From the NCBI GenBank assembly GCA_015061865.1, contig SUVU01000002.1:4243-68242 (forward strand): DNA of 64,000 nucleotides, written 5' to 3'. Shown here in pieces: positions 47,052 through 56,363 of this stretch. The stretch's first letter is position 1; each line of letters begins with the position of its first letter. The notes beneath the pieces were generated by a model. The model was not told the DNA's origin, ran no database searches, and worked only from the letters and a program-made list of their open reading frames with translations. This stretch comes from Lentisphaerota bacterium. GTDB taxonomy: Bacteria > Verrucomicrobiota > Lentisphaeria > Victivallales > Victivallaceae. The position numbers and the translations under genes were made by a program.

Positions 47052-47960
47052 ATGGGACTTTCATTATTGATTCTTGCCGCCGGCATGGGCAGCCGTTACG
47101 GCGGACTGAAACAGCTTGACCAGATGGGACCGTCCGGAGAAACCGTGATGGACTATTCCGTTTTTGATGCCATGCGTGCCGGATTCGACCGGGTGATTTT
47201 TGTCATCCGCCGCGATTTTGAAAATGAATTCAAAAATGTGATCGCCAAACGCTACGAAGGCAAAGTCAAAATGGATTTTGCTTTTCAGGATCTCAACGAC
47301 CTGCCCGGTAATTTCACGCCGCCGGCAGACCGGGTAAAACCGTGGGGCACCGGTCACGCCGTTTACGCCGCCAGACATCTGCTCACGGAACCGTTTGCAG
47401 TTATCAATGCCGATGACTTCTACGGTCAGGACAGTTACCGTCAGTTGGCGGCATATTTGAGCAATCCTCCGGCAACGGATAAAGTTCGCGGCTGTATTGC
47501 GGCATTTCAGTTGAGCAACACTTTGAGTGAAAACGGCTCGGTTTCGCGCGGGATCTGCAGCGACGACGGTCAGGGACATCTTGCCAAAGTCGTAGAAAAC
47601 ACTAAAATTTTCCGCCGCCCGGACGGAGTGATCGTCTCGGCAATGGATGACGGCTCTGAAAACGTGCTGACCGGCAACGAACCGGCGTCCATGAATTCCT
47701 GGGGCTTCATGCCGGAAATCATCGGTAATTTGGAAACGCTGTTCACTGAATTTCTTTCTGCGCACGGCACCGAACTCAAAAGCGAATTTTATCTGCCGTT
47801 TGTGGTCGATTCGCTCATCCAGTCCGGTAAAGCCGAAATCACCATGTGTCACAGCCGGGACAGCTGGTTTGGCGTAACGTATCAGGAAGACCGCCCCGGC
47901 GTGCAGAAAGCCCTGCAAAAACTGGTTGATTCAGGGGCGTATCCCCAGCAACTTTTTTAA
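47052..47960 (+). CDS. Sugar-1-phosphate nucleotidyltransferase
   Basis: The N-terminal segment LILAAGMGSRYGGLKQLD is the G-x-G-x-R nucleotide-binding loop. The substrate is not determinable from sequence. Confidence 0.7.
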   Translation: MGLSLLILAAGMGSRYGGLKQLDQMGPSGETVMDYSVFDAMRAGFDRVIFVIRRDFENEFKNVIAKRYEGKVKMDFAFQDLNDLPGNFTPPADRVKPWGTGHAVYAARHLLTEPFAVINADDFYGQDSYRQLAAYLSNPPATDKVRGCIAAFQLSNTLSENGSVSRGICSDDGQGHLAKVVENTKIFRRPDGVIVSAMDDGSENVLTGNEPASMNSWGFMPEIIGNLETLFTEFLSAHGTELKSEFYLPFVVDSLIQSGKAEITMCHSRDSWFGVTYQEDRPGVQKALQKLVDSGAYPQQLF

Positions 47961-47971
47961 GGAGTATCACC

Positions 47972-49069
47972 GTGGCCATACCGTATTCGCAAAAAGATAT
48001 CCGCCGCTTGATCGGCATGTTTGATGTATATGGAGATTTTCTGGTCGGCGCCCCTTTCGGCAACGGCAATGTCAATGATACATTTCAGTTGACTTATGAT
48101 CAGGGCGGTATCCGGCTCCATTACGCATTGCAGCGGATCAACTCTAATGTATTCAAAAATCCGGTACACGTTATGGAAAACGTCGCCAGAGTCACCGATC
48201 ATATTCTGGAAAAAATCCGTACAGCCAAAGCCGAAACCAGAAAACGCACCCTGCGCCTGCTTCATGCGCATGACGGGAAACCGTATGCGTTTGACGATAA
48301 CGGGAATTGCTGGCGGGCATACGTTTTTGTAGAACACGCCCGGGCTTATGAAGTGCTGGAATCTCCGGAGCAGGCGTTCCGGGTCGCTCAGGGATTTGGC
48401 GAATTTCAACAGCAATTGTCGGACTTCAAAGGCAGACTGCATGAAACCATTCCGGATTTTCACAACACTCCCAAGCGGGTGAACGCTCTGGAGGCTGCGA
48501 TAAAAGCCGACTCCTGCAACCGGGTCAAATCAGTTGCCAGAGAAATTGATTTTGTTCTCAGCCGCAAAGATGAATGTGGTAAACTCCTGCAGCTTCATGC
48601 CGAAGGCTCCATTCCGGAACGGATCACTCACAACGATACCAAAGCCAATAATATTCTGATCGATGACCTTTCCGGTGAAGCGGTGTGTGTGATCGATCTT
48701 GACACCGTCATGCCCGGGTTGTCGCTCTATGATTTCGGTGACATGGTACGCAGCGGCACCAACCCTGCCGAAGAAGATGAAGTAAATCTCGACCGGGTCG
48801 GCATGAGATTTGATATGTATGAGGGATTTTTCGACGGTTTTTTGAATACCGCCGGAGCGATTTTGACCGAAGCGGAAAAAGAAATGCTGCCGTTTTCGGC
48901 AAAACTCATCACGTTGGAAATCGGCATGCGCTTTTTGACCGATTACCTGATGGGCGATGTGTACTTCAAAACCAAGCGCCCGAATCAAAATCTTGACCGC
49001 TGCCGGACGCAATTCAAACTGGTTGAGTCTATCGAAGCGCAAATGAATAAAATGATGGCGTTAATGTAA
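47972..49069 (+). CDS. Anomeric sugar kinase of the APH/phosphotransferase fold, N-acetylhexosamine 1-kinase (NahK)-like
   Basis: GNGNVNDTF (nucleotide loop), catalytic HNDTKANNILID and IDLD. At 365 aa it is similar in length to NahK. GTG start. Confidence 0.6.
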   Translation: MAIPYSQKDIRRLIGMFDVYGDFLVGAPFGNGNVNDTFQLTYDQGGIRLHYALQRINSNVFKNPVHVMENVARVTDHILEKIRTAKAETRKRTLRLLHAHDGKPYAFDDNGNCWRAYVFVEHARAYEVLESPEQAFRVAQGFGEFQQQLSDFKGRLHETIPDFHNTPKRVNALEAAIKADSCNRVKSVAREIDFVLSRKDECGKLLQLHAEGSIPERITHNDTKANNILIDDLSGEAVCVIDLDTVMPGLSLYDFGDMVRSGTNPAEEDEVNLDRVGMRFDMYEGFFDGFLNTAGAILTEAEKEMLPFSAKLITLEIGMRFLTDYLMGDVYFKTKRPNQNLDRCRTQFKLVESIEAQMNKMMALM

Positions 49070-49087
49070 ATCATTGACATAAATCTT

Positions 49088-49120
49088 AAGCCGGTGAAAT
49101 TTCATTTTCACCGGCTTTTT
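49088..49120 (+). terminator. Rho-independent terminator
   Basis: 12-bp stem aagccggtgaaa / tttcaccggctt followed by a T-run. Confidence 0.8.
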
Positions 49121-49135
49121 CATATTTCATCGCAT

Positions 49136-49160
49136 AAAAAAAGCGCCCCTGACGGACGCT
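49136..49160 (-). terminator. Rho-independent terminator after rpsU
   Basis: The minus strand reads AGCGTCC-GTCAG-GGGCGCT followed by TTTTTTT. Confidence 0.7.
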
Positions 49161-49174
49161 TTTCATCATTGCGA

Positions 49175-49342
49175 TCAATGACGACGCTGTTTGGCTTCGC
49201 GACGTTTGATTTCGCTCGGTTTTTCATAGTGCCGGCGATTGCGCAATTCTTTGAGGGTTCCCTCTTTGTCGAGTTTCTTTTTCAGACGACGCAGAGCGCG
49301 GTCGATGATCTCGCCTTTTTTGACGCGGACTTCGGTATGCAT
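49175..49342 (-). CDS. rpsU: 30S ribosomal protein S21
   Basis: My own translation of the minus strand gives [62 protein letters not shown] lies upstream. At 55 aa it is below the cut-off of the ORF track. Confidence 0.9.
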   Translation of the reverse strand: MHTEVRVKKGEIIDRALRRLKKKLDKEGTLKELRNRRHYEKPSEIKRREAKQRRH

Positions 49343-49420
49343 GGAATTCACCCCCTTTCAAAACGTTTTACTTCAACATCATATTTTTTAATATAGCATC
49401 TTTTTGCTCAAAAAGCAAAT

Positions 49421-50041
49421 TCAATATTTAAAAAATAATAAAATCGGCGTCTTGCCCGTACTGCACAAAGTAAATTTATCTGCTTCTACTTCATTCAATG
49501 TCCCGCTGTGCCACCACGGCAGAGCCAGATCGACCAGCGGATATTTCAATCCGGTCGAATTCAATTTCTGCAACGGATCAAAACTGAATATCGAAATCTG
49601 GGTCCCTACCGGACAATCAAACTCCCCTGCTCCGGCAAAAACCTGAAAAAATCCCTGCTCGGTATAGAGACGGCATCCGGAAAAATTTACCGCATTTTCA
49701 GCGAAACGGGATAAATTTCCCAACATGTGATCTTCTCTGGCGCCTGATGCGCCCAACACTGCATTCGGAGCCAACCCCTTTTCGGCGCAAAAACGGAATG
49801 CTTTGGCAAGGTCATTGGTCTCCTGCTCACAGAAATGCACCGCTTTAGCAGCAAAACGCAACTTTGTTTCAGGAGAAACGCTATCCAAATCCCCGACTAT
49901 CCAGTCCGGTTCTCTGCCAAATGCGACCAGTTTATCCGCCGCCCCGTCACAGCAAATCACCATTCCGGCGTTACGAAGCATCGCCAATAACTCACTGCGG
50001 CGCGGGAACTCGCCATCAGCAAGGATTATTACCTCATTCAT
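49421..50041 (-). CDS. thiN: Thiamine pyrophosphokinase
   Basis: Motifs ILADGEFP, VICCDGAA and IVGDLDS. The start overlaps the upstream gene by 8 nt. Confidence 0.75.
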   Translation of the reverse strand: MNEVIILADGEFPRRSELLAMLRNAGMVICCDGAADKLVAFGREPDWIVGDLDSVSPETKLRFAAKAVHFCEQETNDLAKAFRFCAEKGLAPNAVLGASGAREDHMLGNLSRFAENAVNFSGCRLYTEQGFFQVFAGAGEFDCPVGTQISIFSFDPLQKLNSTGLKYPLVDLALPWWHSGTLNEVEADKFTLCSTGKTPILLFFKY

Positions 50042-51395
50042 GGATCACTGAAACCACTTTTTCCGGCGGAGTCAACGCCAACTGCCGCTGCACAGCGGGG
50101 ATCGTCCGCAGAACTTTTTCCACCATCAGCGGCGTGATCGCTCTGGTACACTCGATTTCCCGCGGCGTACCGCTGTGACGCGGACACCAAACCGGAGCAT
50201 TAACGTCAAAAAACAACGTCGGATCGCTCCAGCAGCCGTGGCAATAATTAAAGTTGGTGATCCGGTACGGGGTTGGGAACTCCGCACCCTCCATACTGAA
50301 GCCAGCCAACAGCACCACCGGAATATTACAATCCCATGCCACCCAGGACAAACCACTGGGCAAGCCGATGAAAAAGTCAGCGTGCTGCAGCATGGCAATA
50401 CGGTCGGAAATCGGTAAACGTCCGGTGAAATCTTCTGCCTCCGTGGGAATCGAATAATGTTTCCCGGCAAAATTCAAATCATGTTCACGGTCAATATCCA
50501 TCACCCGGAAACCGATAGATTTCAAAAAACGGATCGCCGTGTTCCACCCATCCGGAAAATTCCAATATTTGGACGGATTAGTTGCCATGCTGGAAATGCA
50601 GACAAACGGCTCTTTGAAAGGACGCGGCGCATCCAAATGCAGCCGGACTTTCAAATACTCATGCGGCAGCCCCAGCATTTGCGAAATAGAGCGCTGCATC
50701 CCGAAGTGCTGATGCGCCACCGGACGCCAACTGGTGCGGTCTTTGGGGAAAGCCGAACAATAATACGAAGCATAACCATCATTCAGCGGCGGACGCTCGC
50801 TGACCGGGATGAATTTCAGTTTCGGGTAAAGATCTCCACACAAACGGATAAACCACTCACCGATCACGCACGTCACATCTGCCTGATGCACCCGGCGAAA
50901 CTCCTCTGCATACGGCATCCAGGCAAAATTTTCGCCCAAACCACCGTCCGGCACCACCACATAAACTTTTTTGCCTTTACAATCAAATTTATGTTCAAAC
51001 AACAGCTCTTTGGTGTCTGCATCCGAAATCCTGACGTGGTAACGCAAAAAATATTTACGGTCACCGACGACCATGCCGCCGCCGTCAAGAGTGCTTTCAT
51101 ACAGCGGCAGATCGGTATCCATATCCATTACCAGCACATGGTAGCGACGTCCAGCCGGTAACAGGAAACGGAAACCGAAAATAAAGTCATATTTTATACC
51201 ATGCGGTGCATCCATGCCCGGGACATCACCGAGTTTAATGGTACACTGGGCATTGCGGGGATCCGGACCGATTTCCGGTCCGATCATCGGAGTTTCAGGC
51301 GCTGCCGTTTGCGGAGCGACCGACAACGACACCGGCATTGGATCTGTTTTTATACCTGCGATAGAAATCGGTTGCGGTTTAAATGAATAACCCAT
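50034..51395 (-). CDS. BAHT-family (TibC/Aah-like) O-heptosyltransferase homologue
   Basis: The N-terminus HGIKYDFIFGFRFLLPAGRRYHVLVMDMD follows the TibC/Aah pattern GI-YDFN-GARVLLP. The GT9-like core is AEDFTGRLPISDRIAMLQHADFFIGLPSGLSWVAWDCNIPVVLLAGFS. The Cys motif is CHGCWSD...WCPRH...ECTR, as in the BAHT iron finger. All matches are from recalled family sequences. Confidence 0.7.
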   Translation of the reverse strand: MGYSFKPQPISIAGIKTDPMPVSLSVAPQTAAPETPMIGPEIGPDPRNAQCTIKLGDVPGMDAPHGIKYDFIFGFRFLLPAGRRYHVLVMDMDTDLPLYESTLDGGGMVVGDRKYFLRYHVRISDADTKELLFEHKFDCKGKKVYVVVPDGGLGENFAWMPYAEEFRRVHQADVTCVIGEWFIRLCGDLYPKLKFIPVSERPPLNDGYASYYCSAFPKDRTSWRPVAHQHFGMQRSISQMLGLPHEYLKVRLHLDAPRPFKEPFVCISSMATNPSKYWNFPDGWNTAIRFLKSIGFRVMDIDREHDLNFAGKHYSIPTEAEDFTGRLPISDRIAMLQHADFFIGLPSGLSWVAWDCNIPVVLLAGFSMEGAEFPTPYRITNFNYCHGCWSDPTLFFDVNAPVWCPRHSGTPREIECTRAITPLMVEKVLRTIPAVQRQLALTPPEKVVSVIHE

Positions 51396-51415
51396 TTTTA
51401 TATCCTCAAAGTTTA

Positions 51416-54400
51416 TTAATCGCTGAGATAATCGATCCGGTTGATAAACAATCTGCCGGTCGCCGGATCGCGGACAAATGTCACCATCGCCTTGACTTCA
51501 CCGGTAATTTCGTCAAAATACACATTTAAATCATCGTTATCGGAGTGTTCAAGCGCATCAAATACGCCCAGTTCGCACTTTTTAGCCACCGTGCCGTCCT
51601 CAATTTCATCAACAGTAGAACCATCAATTGCAGTAAACTTGCCTTTGCTGGTTTCGCTGGTGGCTCTGACCTGCACGCCTTTGCGATCCTTAATGCTCTG
51701 GGCAACAATAACGACCTGAACCATTGCCGGCGAAGTGGTTTCAGCACCGAGCAGATTGATCGTTTTGCCGATGATCTCCTCCTGCGCCGCATCGTTATCA
51801 GCAAGAGTTACTTTGCCAAAAACATTTGCCAATGTCCCACTACTGACAAAATTAAGAAACTCCGCCCTGCTCCCGAATGGACGCAGATTGCTGGCAGCTT
51901 TCATTTTGGTAAACACACTTTCATCAGAGGTGACATCTTTTTCATTACTATTACCGCCAACAGCAGGAAATTGTCCGTTAGTACGGGTGGATTCTTTGAT
52001 AAAATCCCCCATATTCTGATTGTAAACCACGCCATTGAAAAGAGCATTGACGATGTTGATATCCAAATCGTTTTTGCCGATCAGGTTGACGTTTATTTTT
52101 CCGTATGAATCCACCCGGTCAGTCATTTTGATCTGCTCCAGCAGAGCGCCGTCACCGTCACTGTATTTCGTCCCGGCATATTTCCAATCTTTATCCTCAT
52201 CAGAGCCTTCGGCATTAAATTTCGGCTCAAAACTATCTGCGGAAAAATCATCCGAATTTCCCGGATTGCCGGCCTTTTTGATATTCAAAGTCTGCCATCT
52301 CAAACCGCGATGGATCACCCCGATTTCCCACGGACTCATCATCGGAGCATTGCGGATATAGGCTGTTGACAAACGGTTTTCGCCTCCCGTGTACGCCGGT
52401 TCGGCGACGGTTTCTTTATCAAAACTGCCGCTGCTGTTCTGCGGGCTGAATTTAGGATCGCCGGAATTGACCAAGCCGCTATCTCCGGCATCATCAATAT
52501 CCATTGCTGACTTGATTTCGGCAAGTGAAGGATTTTTGAAATCAGCCAATTTCACCATTTTGACATTACTTGTCATCCAGTCAGCACCGTAAAGATTCTG
52601 CCGGGGATCATAATTTTTGCCTCCACCGATCAACACTCCGGCGCGCTTGGCATCATTATCAGGAACCAAACTGATTTCCGTATCTGCACCTGTCGCACGT
52701 TCCCATTTGATCTCCTCAAAATGCCCGGCGAAATCCACCCCGATTTCATTATTGGAATTTTTCTCTTTGCCGGTCAAAACGAGACGGCGCGGTTTTATTG
52801 AAACTTTTTTCAGGTCAACTTTCTCCAAAACCACATCCTCGGCCTGATTGGAAACAGTGATATTATACAATTGATCTTTCAATGCGCTTTCCAATTGGCT
52901 CAACGATGTAATATTTTGCGTACCGGTCGTCTCAAAATTTTCAAACTTGACCTTTTCAGGAAGCCCATTACCGGTTCCAGTGCGGAAATCGCCCAATGCT
53001 ACTGAAAAATTGATATTATTCACCGTACATTTCAAATACTGCCAATCAGCGTCCGACTCATTTTTAGCATAAAACAGCGGATATGGATTCGTGCCGGTTT
53101 GATTGTCAAGTTTGTTTTTGGCAAACGGAACCGGCACATTTTTAACCTCTCCGGCATTGTTTTTCCAAACCTCTGCTTCAGGAGCCATCGTCAAATCTGC
53201 CGCAAAAGCACTTTTAAAGGAATTGGCATCCTCGATTTTGACATCCACCGTCGCCGTCCGGCTGTACTTCACCTCATCAATGGTTTCATCAAATGAGAAT
53301 TTGACTTTTTTCAGCGTAAGTGCTTTAGGTGCAAATGTGACTTCGGTTTTTCCGAAATCTACGTATCCATTCATAAACTTATCATCACTGCTGATTGCAG
53401 AAAATGCTTCATCCGGCTTGAAGTCATAAATATTTGCCAATTTCAAAACCGGAAGTGCCTGAAGTCTCACCGCCAGAGAATAAGAGCCGTCTCCAGTAGA
53501 GGTGGTTTTTATTTCCGTTGCAGCAGATTCCGCCGGCACGATACCGAAATTCATTCCGAACTCATACAGATACGGAGTTTTTTCATTACCGGTGAATGTC
53601 GGTATTTTATCGGCAAAATCAGTAGTATAATCAGCAGGCAAATCCTGCAGCCACTTTTCTGCGTTCACATCAGAGGTGGGAATACTGTCTTCATCACAGT
53701 AATCGTTGAAGTTAGCTGCAATCTGTTTGCGCCATGCCATCATGTCCACTTCGCCGCCATCCGCACTGCGGAATGAAGCCCCTGATTCCTCGGCATGACC
53801 GATCAAGCGCAAAAACGGCAAGCCGGATTTTTCAGAAATATCCTTATCTTTTTGCGGCTCTTTGGACGGCAGGTAAAGCAAACTTCCCAACGTCAGTTTA
53901 TGGACCGCAGTTTTGCTGTTTTTATCGCTGTCAGCAGAAATTCCCAATCTGCCGTACCACTTGTCACTGCCGTAGTCGCCCTCGGAAATATTGAAACGCA
54001 TCAATTGCTGTTTCGGCCCTTTTTTGTCCTTTTGATAAACGTATACTTCCGGAAAGATCGGAAATGGTTTGGCAACCGTTCCATATCCGTCCTCTTCGGT
54101 AAAATCAGGGATCAACCATGTTTTGATCCAAGTCTGCACTGCAGTATCGTCTTTTAAGTAAGAAAACAAACTTTCGAAGTCGTTGATTTTGGTATCCGGA
54201 GTAATTGCCTGAATTTTGTCATTAATAAAATCCGGGGTTCCATCATTTTCATCCAAATACACCTCATCGATCTCTCTGCCCCAGCGATGATTACTGGCTC
54301 TAAAGGTGGCGTCGTCAGGATCGATTTTTTCAACCTTACCGCGCATAAACACCGGAGCCAAAATCTGGGCGCTGGATGTCACTACCTGCCAGGCGGCACG

Positions 54401-54922
54401 ACCGACGATCTCCCGATCATTACCGTCTTTTTTATTGTAGAAAAAGACCCAACTGCCATCCCATGCATCTTTCGCACCTTTTTCTTTTTTAAATCTGGCA
54501 TTATATGCCACAGCAAAGCCTTTTTCGACCAGAGAGCTGTCCTCAAGCAGCAGCATTTTGGATGATGAATTAGTTTTTTTCAACAAACCATCGGTAATCA
54601 TGGTACCGCTGTCAGCGCTTTTCCCGTCAGAATCGTATGCCCCATAGCTGTAAATTTTATCAAAGTTATCCGGAGCATCATCATTATCGATCGCCTGCTG
54701 CTGGTAAACCATGATTGATGCGGCAGCCCGATTGGCAGCAGAAAGCACCAGCATCCGAGCCTGAGTACGGGAACTGTTGTTGCGGGCGACTTTTTTGAAA
54801 ATCAACGCATTACCGAGAAATGCCAGCCCCACAGCCAGCATCAACCCCAGCAAACCGATGGCAAAAACCAGAGCGACACCGCTTTCGCGCCTGTTATAGT
54901 ATTTGAATTTGTGTTTCATCAT
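51416..54922 (-). CDS. Giant GspK-like minor pseudopilin (1168 aa)
   Basis: The N-terminus NRRESGVALVFAIGLLGLMLAVGLAFL resembles a GspK/PilX-type anchor. The C-terminal 300 aa or so carry SPWEIGVIHRG and GKINVNLIG, which are GspK-like. About 780 aa of unassigned sequence lies between them. An ATGA overlap couples it to the upstream gene. Confidence 0.65.
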   Translation of the reverse strand: MMKHKFKYYNRRESGVALVFAIGLLGLMLAVGLAFLGNALIFKKVARNNSSRTQARMLVLSAANRAAASIMVYQQQAIDNDDAPDNFDKIYSYGAYDSDGKSADSGTMITDGLLKKTNSSSKMLLLEDSSLVEKGFAVAYNARFKKEKGAKDAWDGSWVFFYNKKDGNDREIVGRAAWQVVTSSAQILAPVFMRGKVEKIDPDDATFRASNHRWGREIDEVYLDENDGTPDFINDKIQAITPDTKINDFESLFSYLKDDTAVQTWIKTWLIPDFTEEDGYGTVAKPFPIFPEVYVYQKDKKGPKQQLMRFNISEGDYGSDKWYGRLGISADSDKNSKTAVHKLTLGSLLYLPSKEPQKDKDISEKSGLPFLRLIGHAEESGASFRSADGGEVDMMAWRKQIAANFNDYCDEDSIPTSDVNAEKWLQDLPADYTTDFADKIPTFTGNEKTPYLYEFGMNFGIVPAESAATEIKTTSTGDGSYSLAVRLQALPVLKLANIYDFKPDEAFSAISSDDKFMNGYVDFGKTEVTFAPKALTLKKVKFSFDETIDEVKYSRTATVDVKIEDANSFKSAFAADLTMAPEAEVWKNNAGEVKNVPVPFAKNKLDNQTGTNPYPLFYAKNESDADWQYLKCTVNNINFSVALGDFRTGTGNGLPEKVKFENFETTGTQNITSLSQLESALKDQLYNITVSNQAEDVVLEKVDLKKVSIKPRRLVLTGKEKNSNNEIGVDFAGHFEEIKWERATGADTEISLVPDNDAKRAGVLIGGGKNYDPRQNLYGADWMTSNVKMVKLADFKNPSLAEIKSAMDIDDAGDSGLVNSGDPKFSPQNSSGSFDKETVAEPAYTGGENRLSTAYIRNAPMMSPWEIGVIHRGLRWQTLNIKKAGNPGNSDDFSADSFEPKFNAEGSDEDKDWKYAGTKYSDGDGALLEQIKMTDRVDSYGKINVNLIGKNDLDINIVNALFNGVVYNQNMGDFIKESTRTNGQFPAVGGNSNEKDVTSDESVFTKMKAASNLRPFGSRAEFLNFVSSGTLANVFGKVTLADNDAAQEEIIGKTINLLGAETTSPAMVQVVIVAQSIKDRKGVQVRATSETSKGKFTAIDGSTVDEIEDGTVAKKCELGVFDALEHSDNDDLNVYFDEITGEVKAMVTFVRDPATGRLFINRIDYLSD

Positions 54923-55674
54923 TCACCACTCCTGTGTCCCAGCAAAATTGCCCGGCGGAACGTATAACCATATTCTGAAAAAATTTCTTTCTTCTTATCA
55001 TCATCTCCATCTTTCCACCGCAGATACGCTTCTTTGTTATCAAGCAGAGAAATCTCCACCTCGATCATATACGGCGGAGTGATAAAAGATGAGCCATCTT
55101 TGAATGCAGATGAAACACTTTCCTGCGGCTTCAGTTCCCAGTTATTGCCATTTTTGACTGCAAAAAAGCCATGAATTTTAAAATCAGTCACGTTATCTAT
55201 CAATTCAACTGTTTCCGAACTTCCAAGTTTGCTGCTGACAGCATCCCAAGCTGTTATAGCAGCATCCTGATTTTTGAACGGCGGAAAATGTGCAATAAAC
55301 TTGCGGCTTTCCTCTTTACCCGCATATATTCTCATCACCAGCGTACCGGCATTGGCATCACGCTCAAATTTCAGAAACCGCAAATAATATTCATCATCAC
55401 GGTTATCCATCGGCATGGAGGTAGCGAACCAAATTTCGTTATCTTTCATGCTGAACGGAACATTTTCATAGTAGACAAGCGTCTGCATCCGCACCGCAAC
55501 AAATTCCATCGCAGTCCGGGCATCGGCAAAAGCATTGGTCTTTTGCTCCGACCTCACCCACAACTGCTGCGCTCCGGAAAACAATCGCATCGATACCAGC
55601 AAAAGTATGCTGAAAACCGCCATTGCGGCAAGCAGCTCCACCAGTGTAAATTTTTTATATTGTAATTTTCTCAT
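54919..55674 (-). CDS. GspJ-like minor pseudopilin
   Basis: N-terminus MRKLQYKKFTLVELLAAMAVFSILLL (prepilin-type methylation motif FTLVE). 251 aa. Confidence 0.65.
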   Translation of the reverse strand: MRKLQYKKFTLVELLAAMAVFSILLLVSMRLFSGAQQLWVRSEQKTNAFADARTAMEFVAVRMQTLVYYENVPFSMKDNEIWFATSMPMDNRDDEYYLRFLKFERDANAGTLVMRIYAGKEESRKFIAHFPPFKNQDAAITAWDAVSSKLGSSETVELIDNVTDFKIHGFFAVKNGNNWELKPQESVSSAFKDGSSFITPPYMIEVEISLLDNKEAYLRWKDGDDDKKKEIFSEYGYTFRRAILLGHRSGE

Positions 55675-56360
55675 GGCGTCCCCTGGGTCGGCAACACATA
55701 GTGTTCATTAAAAATTTCAAACCGGAAATAACTTTTTTCACGTTCTTCGTATGGTACTTCTGCCGGATAACTGAGTTCCAGCACCAGCGGCAGCAGAACA
55801 TCATCCATATTAACTTTGCCAACTTTTTCGTACAACATATATTTCGGCTCTGCATTGTCTTTGGCAATGTAAAAGAACTCCTTTGTCATGCTGTCTGTAT
55901 CGACATAAACTCTGGCAATCGCAGAAAAATCCACAAATCTCTCATCTTCCGGTCCGGACATCTGGCGTACCAGGAAAACATTTTTTTTATTTTTAGACCG
56001 CAGCAAAGATGCGTTTTCTATTTTATCGTGATCATCTTTACCGCTTTTCAGCAATTCCGGAACTTCCCACTGGCTGTCGTCCCCGCCACTGACGGCATTA
56101 TTGCCGCTGACATCGCTGATCTCATCTTTCACATCTGCCCATGTCCCAAAACCGGAGCCGCTGGCAGTATCCATATTGATCTGCGCCCGGACACCGGAAA
56201 TAACCAACTCTGCCAAATCAGCAATACTATTGTCGGCGGCGGCATTTTTATGCGCAGACAACCCGGCAGGAAACAGCACAAATACACTCGATAATCCCAG
56301 AGAGATCACCACAATTGCGAGCATCACCTCGACCATGTTGAAATATCTTTTATTCAGCAT
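55671..56360 (-). CDS. GspI-like minor pseudopilin (degenerate leader)
   Basis: N-terminus MLNKRYFNMVEVMLAIVVISLGLSSVF, with Glu at +5 relative to Phe. 229 aa. Confidence 0.55.
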   Translation of the reverse strand: MLNKRYFNMVEVMLAIVVISLGLSSVFVLFPAGLSAHKNAAADNSIADLAELVISGVRAQINMDTASGSGFGTWADVKDEISDVSGNNAVSGGDDSQWEVPELLKSGKDDHDKIENASLLRSKNKKNVFLVRQMSGPEDERFVDFSAIARVYVDTDSMTKEFFYIAKDNAEPKYMLYEKVGKVNMDDVLLPLVLELSYPAEVPYEEREKSYFRFEIFNEHYVLPTQGTP

Positions 56361-56363
56361 AAA

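Noticed and set aside
49094-49396. 100-aa plus-strand ORF
   Set aside because: It is antisense to rpsU and runs through two terminator hairpins.
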